A stretch of DNA of 64,000 bases, taken from IMG/VR virus record IMGVR_UViG_3300045988_098585; one strand, 5' to 3'. The notes beneath the pieces were generated by a model. It saw only the letters and a program-made list of their open reading frames with translations. It was not told the origin of the DNA and did no database searches. This document shows, piece by piece, positions 32,527 through 42,551 of the stretch (position 1 is its first letter; each line of letters begins with the position of its first letter). This DNA comes from a virus. Made by a program: the position numbers and the translations under genes.

Positions 32527-35500
32527 CTAATACCTTTCCTTCATTAATTTATACATGCTTGCGATGTCCTCACGTATCAATATAATAGGTGCAGTATTCT
32601 TATTGATTGCTTCTAACTGCTCCAATCCCTGATACTGAATATCTCGCATTTCTGAGATATTATTATATGTCTGTTCGGCATAGATGCGCAAAAAAGAAAC
32701 ATCAACGGCGATAGCCTTTCGAACTTCATTACCTTGCTCTTGTGCAATCTGTACCGCATAACCGATGCCGATAAGGCTGCTTGCTTGGTCTGCGGTGATA
32801 GCCTCAATACCCTTGCCCGTTGCTGTTTGCTGAGATTGTGCTTCCTTATATCCCGTCATTGCAGCAATATTATCCCTTATCTTCAAACCTTCATCAACGA
32901 TGTTATCATACTCTTTTTTAAGTATATTCAAATCGTCATTGGAGAGCTGTCCTTGCTTCATCTTATCTGCCCATTTTTCATAAAGGGCTTTAAGTCTCTT
33001 ATTAGCAAGGTCATCAACGGCAAAGTTAAGCATAGACTTATTGAGCATCGTTGTGAAATCATTTGCGAAATCTTGCGCCGATTTACTCATATCCATAAGA
33101 TTGCTAATAAAGTTGTCCTTTAACGAATCGAAGGTTGTCTGCGTAAGATTCTGATTGATTTTATCAGTCAGCTCTTCAAGCTTCTCGGCAAGGTCGGTAT
33201 AATTCTCCCAATATTCGGTTTTATCATATTTACCTTGGTCGGTCATATTCTTCCATACATCTTGGTTGTATGTGCGAATATCCTTCATTTGCTCTGGAGT
33301 GAGCTTGTAAATATCCTCCAAAGAACTTACCTTGTTTATCGTAGAATTAACATAACCACCTCTGACCGCTGATTGCTGTGCTAATGTGCGATTGATAGCC
33401 GCATAGTCCTGCGCCGACAGATTCCAATAATAAGCGTTAGAGTGATGCGAGCCGTGGTAACCCATCTGCGTTTGAAGAATCTCCATACTCTGCTTATTGA
33501 TTTGCTTCTGTGCATCATAGGCTTTCTGATAATTGCTGACGGCACTCATTCCCGAAGTCTTATCAATCGAACTCTTCAATTGCTCAATAGAGTATCGCAA
33601 TCGCTCGTTGGATTCTGTAAGGCGGTTGGTAGTCTCCGCAACCTCCTTCGCATTACTTCCGTCACCGATACCAAGAGCACTACCAAGCGATTTGATAGCC
33701 CCTACACCGTTAATAGCTGCCCCGATATAGTTACCCGTAGCAAAGTCTGATGCCGCTTGCGAACCCTTATTGAAGGCATCTGCACCACTTTTAAGCTTCT
33801 TTCCAAGGTCTGTATCACCGAAACCGAGAACATCAATCAATTCACTTGCTTCTTGTAGCTTCTTAGCAACGTTACCGATACTTTCTGCCCATTCATTAGC
33901 AATCTCTTTAATTGACTTTCTTGCCTTATCTTGTGATATATTTGCATCCTCCTGTGCCTTCTTTACGTCCTTTGTTGCCTTTCCGACTTTTACCTCAGAA
34001 ACAGCGAGCTCATCAAAGAGTTTCTTTAATTTTTCAAGCTGTTCATTACTGAGGTTCATCTTATTCTCATTGAAGAGTGTGCTTTTATTCTGAGAGGTTA
34101 TCTTATCAGTATCTACATATACCCCCGTCTCCGCAAAGACTTTCTGTATAGCAATTTTCGCAGAAGACATCTGCTCTTGTGCATTATATTGCTCTACTGT
34201 AGCTTTTCTTAATCGCTCTTGTGCGTCAGCAGCCTCTTGTAAGAGTCGATTATGTTCACGCACCTTCTCGTTAGACCAACCCCATTTATCGGTTTGCTCT
34301 GAAATAGCATCATCAATCTTACCAATCTGTTCAGACACAACCTTCATATCATCAATATCAAGAGTACCCGAACCGAGAAGGTCTTTGAGCTTTTTTCTTA
34401 GGTCTTCGAGATAAGATTTACTCAATCTTCCCATATCAGAGAAAACAGAATCCCAGTTGATAGAATCCTTGAAATCATTAAAGTTGAGCTTCTTTAGCTG
34501 CTCTTCAAGGTCAGTTTTCAGCTTTGCTTCCTCGAAAATATTACCCTTTGCCCTTGCTTCTTTGATTTTCTCGTTATATTCCTCAACGATGGTGAGCTTC
34601 TGCTGTTCGAGGTTGCCATACTCCTTTAAGTATTCACGATATGATTTTAATTCATCGGCATAAATCTCATTATTATATGATTCTACAGTCTTTTGCTCAA
34701 TGATGGTATACTGCTCAGTAATCTTCTTAATATTCTTTGAATCAAGATGTTTCTTATCATCCCAAGTCTCAGCCTTACCACCCTTTGCCTTGATAACAAA
34801 CTGCTGTGCGTCAAATTCAGCTTTCTGTCGGTCACGCTCTGCCTTGATAGCTGCATTCTTTCGTTCTTCAATCTGCTCAATCTCTTTGGATAGCTCTCTT
34901 TTGCGCTCGGCGATGACCTTCTCTTCGCTTTCTTTCATCGCCTTAATCTTAGCATCGGTTACCTCCTGTTCCAAAGATTGCCAAGCTTTTGCTCTTTCAT
35001 AAGCATTCTTATAGATAACATCATCAAGCTTCCCCTCTGCTGTATTAATCTGCTTTTGCTGAGTAGCATCCTTCTTTGCATCGGTCTTACTTTTATTTGC
35101 GAGAGAACGTTTTGCTGATTCCTCTTGTCTGATGAGCATTCTCTGTTCGCTATTCTGCTGAACTTGCGTTCTAAGAACCTGCATTCTAAGTTCACGCTCT
35201 GCGGCAATATCCTTCAAAGATTGAGTATGCAATTTAGCTTGCTTCTCATGTAGCTCAACGAGTTGTTGCTGCTGCTTTATCTGAAAATCGTATTTCTGCT
35301 TAACAAGAGCCTTTGCCTCCTCAATGGCTGCAATTTTCTCCTTTCCTTGCAAGGTATATATCTTATTTCTTACTTCGGCAATTTTTCCGTCAAGTTTGAG
35401 CTGAGTTTCTTTATTCTTATTGATAGCAATCTGTGCTTCTTGAATCTTGCCTGCAAGAGAAGCCGCTTGCTCTGCCTTTGATAGCATTCCATTGAATGCC

Positions 35501-37668
35501 GCTCCCAACTTCTTTGATAAATCATCATTAGTAAAAGCATCATAAGCAGTTTTAACCGCACCAATCGCCCCAGATACTCCCGTCTTGAATACATCAATGA
35601 CAGTTTCGCCAGCACCTTTAATTCCATCCCAAGTCTTTTTGAGACCAGCAGTAAAGGTGTCCCAGTCCATATTTAATACACCTTTAATGGTAGTTCCAAG
35701 ACCACCAATAAGGTTCACCGCAGCTTTTACGGCGGTTTTAAACGTCTTCACGAAGTTGTTACCGAAGTCACGAAGAGGACCGTTTGGCTTAGTGAAGCAC
35801 TTGTACAAGTACTCTCCGAAGATAATTACAATATCAGTGATAGACTTAGCAAGAGAACCAAAGTAAGCCATCAGCTTTGTATAGACCTTCTGACCCTCTG
35901 CGGATTTAGTCATCCATGTATGCACCGCCTTGAAAGCAAGAGCGATAGCTGCAATCACCGCACCCACAGGTGTTGCACACATTCCCCATAGAGCCTTTGT
36001 TACAGACTTGATGGCTGTAAGAGACCCCGTTACGGGAATACCAAGAGCCTTGAAAGCTTCGCCGACTTTACCAATCTCACTTTGTAACTTACCATTGGCA
36101 GTCATTACATTAATGATTCCGTCTTTAAAGTTGTTTAGACCAGACTTTGCTTGTGCGAACTCTTCACTAAAACGCTGACCGATGGAAGAACCGCTTACTT
36201 TTGCTTTCAGCTCATCAATAGGTTGAGAGATTTTATCTTTTATGCTCTGTCCAAAATCGGAAATCTTCTGCCCAAAATCGGAAATCTGATTGCGCAATCT
36301 ACCGATAAAAGTCTCTTCGTTCTTCTCACGGATAGCCTCTTGCAATACAGATATATTATTCTTTGTCTTTTCAATCTCAGACTGTAGTTTCTGCAAATCT
36401 TCTTTCTGCTTATCCCCAAGCAACTTGCCATCCATCTTAGAAGCTTCTGCTTCCAAATCTTGCAATTTCTGCTTACTCTCATCAAGCTTAGAAGTAAGTT
36501 CTGATAATGATGTGTCCTCAACGTTGATTTTTACTGTTGAAATTGTATCAGATTGAACGATGGTTGAACCACCTTGAATCTTATTCGCAGCTTCGAGAAG
36601 AGCATTGTATTGCTGAAGGTCTGCATTAAGTCGCTGTTGTTCTGTTTGCCAATCATTGATTTTCGATTGAAGAGCATCAATATTTGTCTGTGCTTTCTCT
36701 ATAAGCTTATTATAGTAGTTAGCACCATTTCCCGTTTCGTTATCCGCAGCAGAAAGATTGTTGATAGCATTTTTATAACCCTCAATCTTTGATTTCTGTA
36801 CCTCAATCTTCTTTGTTGCTTCCTCAATATTTTTAGCAAAGTCAGTTGTGCCAAGTTTATTCTGAATATCTTCAATAGTCTTCTCGTACAACTTCATATC
36901 CGCTTTCAGCTCCTTTGCGCTCTCTGATTGCATTCGCTCAATCTCTGCACGACCCGAAGCAACGGAAATATACTGCTGCAAGGCTTCTGTCAGATGTTTG
37001 GTTGCTTCTACATTCTGATTCTCGGCTTCGGCATTCTGTGTTGCTGCCTCAGCATTAGCCACGTGCGCCGCTGCTTCTGCTGATGTAGCGGTTGCTGCCG
37101 TTGTAGCTGTAGCCCCTACAGCAATATTCGTTGCGGATTGAACGCTATTAGCACTTGTACTTGCAACTGAGAATGCACTTAATGCTTGATACGCACCATT
37201 TACCTGAGAGATAGAATTTTTGACCCCATCATAAGATTCAACGAGGTCTTTTACATCACCTTTCGCCAATTCCAAAGAATGCTTTTGAGCATCAATCTGC
37301 TTAGTAAGCGAGCCGAATGCCTCTGAGCCTTTTTCCGTATTAGCTAACTGCTCGTTAAGTTTACCGATAGTACCTTCAATGGTTTCTACTCGTTTATTAG
37401 CAGTATCAATCATTTCTGGTACTACCTGAATTCCCTTCGTAGCTTCATCCATAGCAGATTTAAGAACCTGCATAGCCTTGGTGGTCTTTGTCGCAAGGTC
37501 TTCATCGGATTGCGCCACATCGTTAAGTGCCTTATTCATTCTCTGAGATAAGGCTTCTGTATCAACGCCGACACGATTCAACCCATCACAAAGCTTATCA
37601 AGTGATGCTTGAATATCGGAAATATCCATCTGTCCGCTGATTCCAAGGATTTCATCTGCTGCTGCCAT
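32527..37668 (-). CDS. tape measure protein
   Basis: 1713 aa, highly helical/coiled coil with hydrophobic central segments (..ALWGMCATPVGAVIAAIALAF..). Directly downstream of the G/GT chaperone pair. Confidence 0.9.
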   Translation of the reverse strand: MAAADEILGISGQMDISDIQASLDKLCDGLNRVGVDTEALSQRMNKALNDVAQSDEDLATKTTKAMQVLKSAMDEATKGIQVVPEMIDTANKRVETIEGTIGKLNEQLANTEKGSEAFGSLTKQIDAQKHSLELAKGDVKDLVESYDGVKNSISQVNGAYQALSAFSVASTSANSVQSATNIAVGATATTAATATSAEAAAHVANAEAATQNAEAENQNVEATKHLTEALQQYISVASGRAEIERMQSESAKELKADMKLYEKTIEDIQNKLGTTDFAKNIEEATKKIEVQKSKIEGYKNAINNLSAADNETGNGANYYNKLIEKAQTNIDALQSKINDWQTEQQRLNADLQQYNALLEAANKIQGGSTIVQSDTISTVKINVEDTSLSELTSKLDESKQKLQDLEAEASKMDGKLLGDKQKEDLQKLQSEIEKTKNNISVLQEAIREKNEETFIGRLRNQISDFGQKISDFGQSIKDKISQPIDELKAKVSGSSIGQRFSEEFAQAKSGLNNFKDGIINVMTANGKLQSEIGKVGEAFKALGIPVTGSLTAIKSVTKALWGMCATPVGAVIAAIALAFKAVHTWMTKSAEGQKVYTKLMAYFGSLAKSITDIVIIFGEYLYKCFTKPNGPLRDFGNNFVKTFKTAVKAAVNLIGGLGTTIKGVLNMDWDTFTAGLKKTWDGIKGAGETVIDVFKTGVSGAIGAVKTAYDAFTNDDLSKKLGAAFNGMLSKAEQAASLAGKIQEAQIAINKNKETQLKLDGKIAEVRNKIYTLQGKEKIAAIEEAKALVKQKYDFQIKQQQQLVELHEKQAKLHTQSLKDIAAERELRMQVLRTQVQQNSEQRMLIRQEESAKRSLANKSKTDAKKDATQQKQINTAEGKLDDVIYKNAYERAKAWQSLEQEVTDAKIKAMKESEEKVIAERKRELSKEIEQIEERKNAAIKAERDRQKAEFDAQQFVIKAKGGKAETWDDKKHLDSKNIKKITEQYTIIEQKTVESYNNEIYADELKSYREYLKEYGNLEQQKLTIVEEYNEKIKEARAKGNIFEEAKLKTDLEEQLKKLNFNDFKDSINWDSVFSDMGRLSKSYLEDLRKKLKDLLGSGTLDIDDMKVVSEQIGKIDDAISEQTDKWGWSNEKVREHNRLLQEAADAQERLRKATVEQYNAQEQMSSAKIAIQKVFAETGVYVDTDKITSQNKSTLFNENKMNLSNEQLEKLKKLFDELAVSEVKVGKATKDVKKAQEDANISQDKARKSIKEIANEWAESIGNVAKKLQEASELIDVLGFGDTDLGKKLKSGADAFNKGSQAASDFATGNYIGAAINGVGAIKSLGSALGIGDGSNAKEVAETTNRLTESNERLRYSIEQLKSSIDKTSGMSAVSNYQKAYDAQKQINKQSMEILQTQMGYHGSHHSNAYYWNLSAQDYAAINRTLAQQSAVRGGYVNSTINKVSSLEDIYKLTPEQMKDIRTYNQDVWKNMTDQGKYDKTEYWENYTDLAEKLEELTDKINQNLTQTTFDSLKDNFISNLMDMSKSAQDFANDFTTMLNKSMLNFAVDDLANKRLKALYEKWADKMKQGQLSNDDLNILKKEYDNIVDEGLKIRDNIAAMTGYKEAQSQQTATGKGIEAITADQASSLIGIGYAVQIAQEQGNEVRKAIAVDVSFLRIYAEQTYNNISEMRDIQYQGLEQLEAINKNTAPIILIREDIASMYKLMKERY

Positions 37669-37692
37669 ATTGTTTGCTTATTTATGTGATTA

Positions 37693-38348
37693 TTACATCA
37701 AGCCCATAAAGAAATCATTAGCAGAGATTGATTTATCTATCTTGTGATACTCTTTTTGCGGCTTTTTTTGCTGTCTGCTGCCTTTTCTCGGTTCATCCTT
37801 AGTATTTGTATTAAAGGGCGGAATCGAGCGGTTAAGCAGAATAATATTGAGGTATGAGCGATTAAATACGACCTCCTCGTAACTCATACGAAAGTACTTC
37901 ATTACTGCTCCGATTGTTGACCATGGGGAGTCGTTTTCGGCTCCGTCATTATCTTCGTCTGGGTCAGGAAAGTTATAGAGGTTAAGAAAAAATTTGCATT
38001 AAACGAACCGCTGATAAACTTTATAAGCTCATTGAATGCCATAATACCAAGGTGCTTGCGTATATATCGCCCCCATACCTTGCGTGCCCACTTCTTGCGA
38101 AAGGCGCACACGATAAAAATCTCGCTCATTAAACGAGCTGTCTCAGAGTGCTCAAACAAAAGAGGGATGATATTCATCATATCGCCTTCCTTCCATGTTG
38201 GTTCTTTGATAGAGTTACCGAATACACCCATTTCGTATATCTGCATAAAAGTAAGTGGCTTCACTTTAAAGCGAAACTTACCAACTTTAATCTTTACAGA
38301 TGCCTCGGCAAGCGTCTTTGCTACCTTCTCCTTATCTGATGTTTTCAT
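37693..38348 (-). CDS. tail assembly chaperone G-T fusion via -1 frameshift
   Basis: The -1 frame is open from the slippery site (37986-37992) through the 69-aa ORF 37693-37902, reading ..FFLNLYNFPDPDEDNDGAENDSPWSTIGAVMKYFRMSYEE... Confidence 0.65.
37902..38348 (-). CDS. tail assembly chaperone (gpG analogue)
   Basis: 148 aa between the major tail gene and the TMP. Contains the slippery heptamer TTTTTTC near its 3' end. Confidence 0.7.
   Translation of the reverse strand: MKTSDKEKVAKTLAEASVKIKVGKFRFKVKPLTFMQIYEMGVFGNSIKEPTWKEGDMMNIIPLLFEHSETARLMSEIFIVCAFRKKWARKVWGRYIRKHLGIMAFNELIKFISGSFNANFFLTSITFLTQTKIMTEPKTTPHGQQSEQ
37986..37992 (-). promoter_or_regulatory. -1 programmed frameshift slippery heptamer T_TTT_TTC
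   Basis: The zero frame reads gca aaT TTT TTC tta, which fits the X_XXY_YYZ rule. Confidence 0.65.
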
Positions 38349-38370
38349 ATCGAAAATATATTTTATAACA

Positions 38371-38414
38371 TAAAAAAGCGGTGCGGCTTGGGAAAGTTCC
38401 CTTACCTCACCGCC
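38371..38414 (-). terminator. terminator/attenuator after the major tail gene
   Basis: The minus strand reads GGCGGTG..(22)..CACCGC followed by TTTTTTA. Confidence 0.6.
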
Positions 38415-38471
38415 TTTTGAAGTTTAATTTTAATCTTTTGTCTAAATAAAAATCTTAGATACTAAGTATTT

Positions 38472-39038
38472 TTACTTACCAAGCGGAGTGCTGATATCCT
38501 TGGTAAGAATATTACGATGACCGCTCTTCTTCTCACCCTTTGCATCGAATACCGCCATCTGACGGAACTCAATGTTGAGGTTAGGAAGTCCACTCTTACC
38601 GATAGAACCACTGCGAGTGATTGTAAGTTTCATCTTAGACCACTGGAAGGTACGAGAAGGAATGTCATCCAATTCCTTTGTTACAATCTGTACAGCCTTG
38701 TAAATCTCGGTTTCTTGTGGAAGCTCATTCAACCAAGCATCCTTACCACCAGTACCAGAATCCTTGGTATAACCAAGAAGCTTAGTAAAGTTCTCTTCTG
38801 AGAAATCGTATGTCTGCAAGGTGAAACCCTTTGTTGCTGCTGATGTGGTAAGCACTGCGTAAGGGTCTTCCGAATCCTCAACCTCTACATCCGATGTCTG
38901 TGCTGCTTGGTCATTGAAACTCAAGCTACCAGAAACGACAGCCTTAATTTTGTCGCTCCATGTTGTAGGATAGCCGCCATTTTCGACACAATCGGCAAAA
39001 CTGAAGCTTTCCAAGCCATATACACCATTCTTTGCCAT
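38472..39038 (-). CDS. major tail protein (by position)
   Basis: 188 aa, immediately upstream of the chaperone pair and followed by a terminator/attenuator. Confidence 0.6.
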   Translation of the reverse strand: MAKNGVYGLESFSFADCVENGGYPTTWSDKIKAVVSGSLSFNDQAAQTSDVEVEDSEDPYAVLTTSAATKGFTLQTYDFSEENFTKLLGYTKDSGTGGKDAWLNELPQETEIYKAVQIVTKELDDIPSRTFQWSKMKLTITRSGSIGKSGLPNLNIEFRQMAVFDAKGEKKSGHRNILTKDISTPLGK

Positions 39039-39042
39039 AATT

Positions 39043-39447
39043 TTATTCTTTTAAATTATTATACGTTACATTAAATTTCATATTGACGTAATAAGTGTTA
39101 TCACCATCACGAGTTGGGCGAGAGATAGAATAGAAATCAAAGTAGCAGCCACCAAGATAAGTACCATCACCAAACAGAGAAAGAATCTTTTCTGAATAAT
39201 CAGAAAGCTTCTTTGTGTTAGGTAAGTTAGATGATGTTTTAGGGCAATGAATATTCAGATTCACTATACCTTCATTAATGGCATCACTGTAGACAAAAGG
39301 AAGATGATTGATGGCAATATAATCACCAATAGCCAACTTCTCGGGTATCTCATACTTAAAGATACGACCCTTCTTTATGCCTATACTCTCAATATTATCA
39401 TTGAGATACTTGAATAATGCCGTTACCGCTTTATCTCCGAGTATCAT
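39043..39447 (-). CDS. tail completion/terminator protein (by position)
   Basis: 134-aa ORF in the connector block. Confidence 0.35.
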   Translation of the reverse strand: MILGDKAVTALFKYLNDNIESIGIKKGRIFKYEIPEKLAIGDYIAINHLPFVYSDAINEGIVNLNIHCPKTSSNLPNTKKLSDYSEKILSLFGDGTYLGGCYFDFYSISRPTRDGDNTYYVNMKFNVTYNNLKE

Positions 39448-39449
39448 AT

Positions 39450-39929
39450 CTAACTATCGCTTTTAATCATTTCAGCTACTTCTTCAAAAATCTTTTTCAT
39501 TTCGTCACGAAGGAAATACTTTGTAAGGTGTAAGACATTGTAACCTTTATCCTCTACATGTTTTCCGTAGTTCATGCCAGCTACAATGATGAGAGAGTAC
39601 CCTTTGGGTGCTACTACACCTTCTTTCTGTGCATACTCACTGAGTGCAGCACTAACACCTTCCTGTCCTCCTTCCGCTTCTTCTGCTTTTGGAATCTTGC
39701 CAACTGACGAGGTAACAAGTTGCCCGTCAAGGTAAAGTGCGAACGAAATTGAGTTCTTCAAATTTGCAGTTCGGTCTTGATAGCCTTTATTATCTTTAGA
39801 GTAGGTGACCGCTTCTTCGGCAAGTTGCATCAAACGCATATTGAGGTAACTGATAATCTGCTGCCTCTTTTCGTTCAACCTTTTCTGTAAGGCTTCACGA
39901 CCTTTGATTTGTAATTCAACCTTTGCCAT
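39450..39929 (-). CDS. HK97 gp10-like head-tail joining protein (tentative)
   Basis: Trimmed to ATG 39929. MAKVELQIKGREALQKRLNEKRQQ.. resembles the gp10-family opening. Confidence 0.4.
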   Translation of the reverse strand: MAKVELQIKGREALQKRLNEKRQQIISYLNMRLMQLAEEAVTYSKDNKGYQDRTANLKNSISFALYLDGQLVTSSVGKIPKAEEAEGGQEGVSAALSEYAQKEGVVAPKGYSLIIVAGMNYGKHVEDKGYNVLHLTKYFLRDEMKKIFEEVAEMIKSDS

Positions 39930-39940
39930 ATTGCCGCCTA

Positions 39941-40369
39941 TCAGAGCCAAATTCTAAGAAAGCGTTTCTTTAAGGTTACGAAGCCTTTAACCTCCATCTC
40001 CTTATCAATAGTGCCATCTTTCTTCGTTATATGCACCTTGTCTCCTTCTTTCGGGATGAGTGGGTATTTAGCTTTATTGAGCGGAGCGTATATTTCGTAC
40101 ACATATGTGTATTTTTGACCATCAGCTAAAGTAATAATACTCGCCTTGGTGTTAGGAAGGATAACACACTTTCCGAAATCGATAAAGATAAACGCCTCTG
40201 GAGTCAGAGGATTTCCCTCTTCATCGTACCCAGCTTTCAATGCCTCGTTTGCGTTATCAGCAAGATTCAGTGTACCGTCGTTATTCAGAGAATAATACTT
40301 TCCTCCAACTTCTGCATAACCGATATCGTAGACGTTTGCACCAATTTTAAGCGAATCTTCAAAGTTCAC
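39941..40369 (-). CDS. head-tail adaptor (by position)
   Basis: 142 aa with a GTG start preceded by TAAGGAGGTGATAC. Confidence 0.35.
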   Translation of the reverse strand: MNFEDSLKIGANVYDIGYAEVGGKYYSLNNDGTLNLADNANEALKAGYDEEGNPLTPEAFIFIDFGKCVILPNTKASIITLADGQKYTYVYEIYAPLNKAKYPLIPKEGDKVHITKKDGTIDKEMEVKGFVTLKKRFLRIWL

Positions 40370-40380
40370 GTATCACCTCC

Positions 40381-40734
40381 TTACCAAGCTTTGGCACTCG
40401 TAATCCAAAAACCATCTGAATCACTATCAATAACAAGGTCAGCATCCAATCCAGCATCCTTTGCAATAGATTTAATCATTTTATCAATGAGATTCTTATC
40501 GTTCTTGTAACTCTGAGAGATACCACCGATATTCTCACTTGACAATGAGTTCATCTTGTAGAGGATACGCATAGCCGCATAAGCTACGGGTTTCTTCACC
40601 GCTACAGAGTATTCATCAGCCACGGATGCCGTGATGCTAAACTTATCAGCAGCATCAATAAACATCTTCTCCAAAGTCTCATCAGAGGTAGAGAAAGGCT
40701 GAATCTCGCTTGCTATGGATTCTGAAATTGTCAT
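40381..40734 (-). CDS. head-tail connector (gp6-like, by position)
   Basis: 117-aa acidic ORF just downstream of the capsid gene. Confidence 0.4.
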   Translation of the reverse strand: MTISESIASEIQPFSTSDETLEKMFIDAADKFSITASVADEYSVAVKKPVAYAAMRILYKMNSLSSENIGGISQSYKNDKNLIDKMIKSIAKDAGLDADLVIDSDSDGFWITSAKAW

Positions 40735-40799
40735 ACTTTCCTTGTTATATCAATATGAGAAGAAGATAATTCTATCTACTTATTACTTAACTCCTTTAA

Positions 40800-40821
40800 G
40801 GTTGGCGATTAATCGCCAACC
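40800..40821 (-). terminator. perfect 22-bp palindrome spanning the capsid stop codon
   Basis: GGTTGGCGATTAATCGCCAACC, a 9-bp stem. The TAA of the capsid gene lies in the loop. No T-tract. Confidence 0.45.
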
Positions 40822-41903
40822 TCGAGGATAAAGTAGTCATTAATACCATTAAAGACTGGCTGTGCCCACATATCTGTAGTGATATGATAGCCTGTTTTGT
40901 CACGCCAGTAACCTACAAGGTTGCCGTCATGATTAGCATAAGAGACGTTAGGCAATGGGTCGATAGCCTCCAATCCCTCTGCTTCCTTCATCACGGCGAC
41001 AGTCTCAGCACACTGGGCAACAATACGGTTATCTGGGATAAGGTTCACACTTGTACCATCAGCGAGAGTAACGAACTGGTCTTCGTCAATAACGATGGTT
41101 GGCAGCAGGATGGAACGCAGATAAGTGTTCATGTGCTCAACAGTAATGAGAGGAACAGCAGGATTAATCTGTACCGTACCAAGGTTCAGCTTGAAGGTGT
41201 CCTTAACCTCCTTCGCCTGACACATTGCGTAGAATGTATTCTCTGACATACGGAGTTTGAGAATCTTACGACCCTTCTTCTTTGCCTCATCCTTCAAAGA
41301 TTTAATATCCTTGAATGGAGTTGCGTTCTCTGCTCCCCAATTGACACTTGTTTTAATCTTCTTGGTGCCAAGATTGAAGGTGTAAGACACATTCGCCTTC
41401 TTGTTATTGGTGCGTGATACGGTCTGAGTACCCTTATAAAGTCCCTCGAAATAAAGCATATCCAATCGCTTATGAGGAGCGATGACAGCTTTTTCCATTG
41501 GTCGGAAAGAGTACGAGATTAACTGGTCGTATGCAGCATTGAGCTGCGCCTGCGTATAATTATGACGACCCTTAATATCGTTGTACTTACCCTCCAAGAG
41601 ATGCAACTGGTCAAGGTAGTCGTTATCAAGCTCCCACTCGTCAGCCATACGCCCGATAGAACCAGTAAGCTGACCGAAGTCTGGCATCTGATGCAATGGA
41701 CGTTCAGCATTTTTAGCAACTACAGATGCAACCATCGCTGCGTTATACTCTGCCAGGTTCTCATTATAAGACTTGGCCGCACAGAAATCAACCTGTTTGA
41801 TTTCATTCTTCCACAGAGCCTTGTAAGTGGAAGTTTTCATGTTTTCGTCAATGTAAGTCTGAAAAGACAAAGGGTCTTGCAGACTCTTCAATATACTATT
41901 CAT
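40809..41903 (-). CDS. major capsid protein, lambda gpE-like
   Basis: 364 aa. Size, position after the scaffold and accessory genes, and overall similarity to Phage_cap_E-type proteins support the call. Confidence 0.7.
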   Translation of the reverse strand: MNSILKSLQDPLSFQTYIDENMKTSTYKALWKNEIKQVDFCAAKSYNENLAEYNAAMVASVVAKNAERPLHQMPDFGQLTGSIGRMADEWELDNDYLDQLHLLEGKYNDIKGRHNYTQAQLNAAYDQLISYSFRPMEKAVIAPHKRLDMLYFEGLYKGTQTVSRTNNKKANVSYTFNLGTKKIKTSVNWGAENATPFKDIKSLKDEAKKKGRKILKLRMSENTFYAMCQAKEVKDTFKLNLGTVQINPAVPLITVEHMNTYLRSILLPTIVIDEDQFVTLADGTSVNLIPDNRIVAQCAETVAVMKEAEGLEAIDPLPNVSYANHDGNLVGYWRDKTGYHITTDMWAQPVFNGINDYFILEVGD

Positions 41904-41925
41904 ATTCTAATCTCCACTTTATAGG

Positions 41926-42501
41926 TTACTGAATTTTGAACAAAGCGATACCAACAGCGTTGATACCTAACTTAATCTCTTCATTGATAGGGTATGGGAG
42001 CGAATCTTCCTCAACCTCCATTACCTGTAAGGTAGGAGTTGCTGGAATAGAAGCATCCTTATCCAAGTCCAGAGTATCATATGAGAAGCCAAGAAGGATA
42101 TCCTTGGTCTTATCATAATCTGAAACAACAGCCTTTGCTTCAACAGCGTTTCCGAGTGCGGAAACTGTCAAGGTATCAACGCCGCTTTCTGATGTAATCG
42201 CAGAGATAGTTGCACCAGCAATCTTATCACTAATGGCGAACAGAGAACCGCTCGCAATCTTCAATGTCGTTGCACCCTTCTCTGCCTTTTCTGTTACTTT
42301 TGCAGTCTTAACAGCAATAGCATCACCTTTAGAAGTAAGCTTCAATACAGTACCCTTTGGTAACCATTTGAGTGACGCAGGAAGATTAGACTGGTCAAGA
42401 TTATAACCACCCTGACGGCGAAGGCATTGTTCTTCAAGCCATACTGCTTCCTTAATATCAGTAGGCTTGCTTTTCTTCATAAAATAGCCTTTGTTTGACA
42501 T
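41926..42501 (-). CDS. capsid accessory/decoration protein (by position)
   Basis: 191 aa between the scaffold and the capsid gene. An alternative ATG is at 42480. Confidence 0.35.
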   Translation of the reverse strand: MSNKGYFMKKSKPTDIKEAVWLEEQCLRRQGGYNLDQSNLPASLKWLPKGTVLKLTSKGDAIAVKTAKVTEKAEKGATTLKIASGSLFAISDKIAGATISAITSESGVDTLTVSALGNAVEAKAVVSDYDKTKDILLGFSYDTLDLDKDASIPATPTLQVMEVEEDSLPYPINEEIKLGINAVGIALFKIQ

Positions 42502-42551
42502 TTTTTCTTTTTTAAAAGGTTCGACAAAATGTTTCTTTAAGGCGGTAAGGG

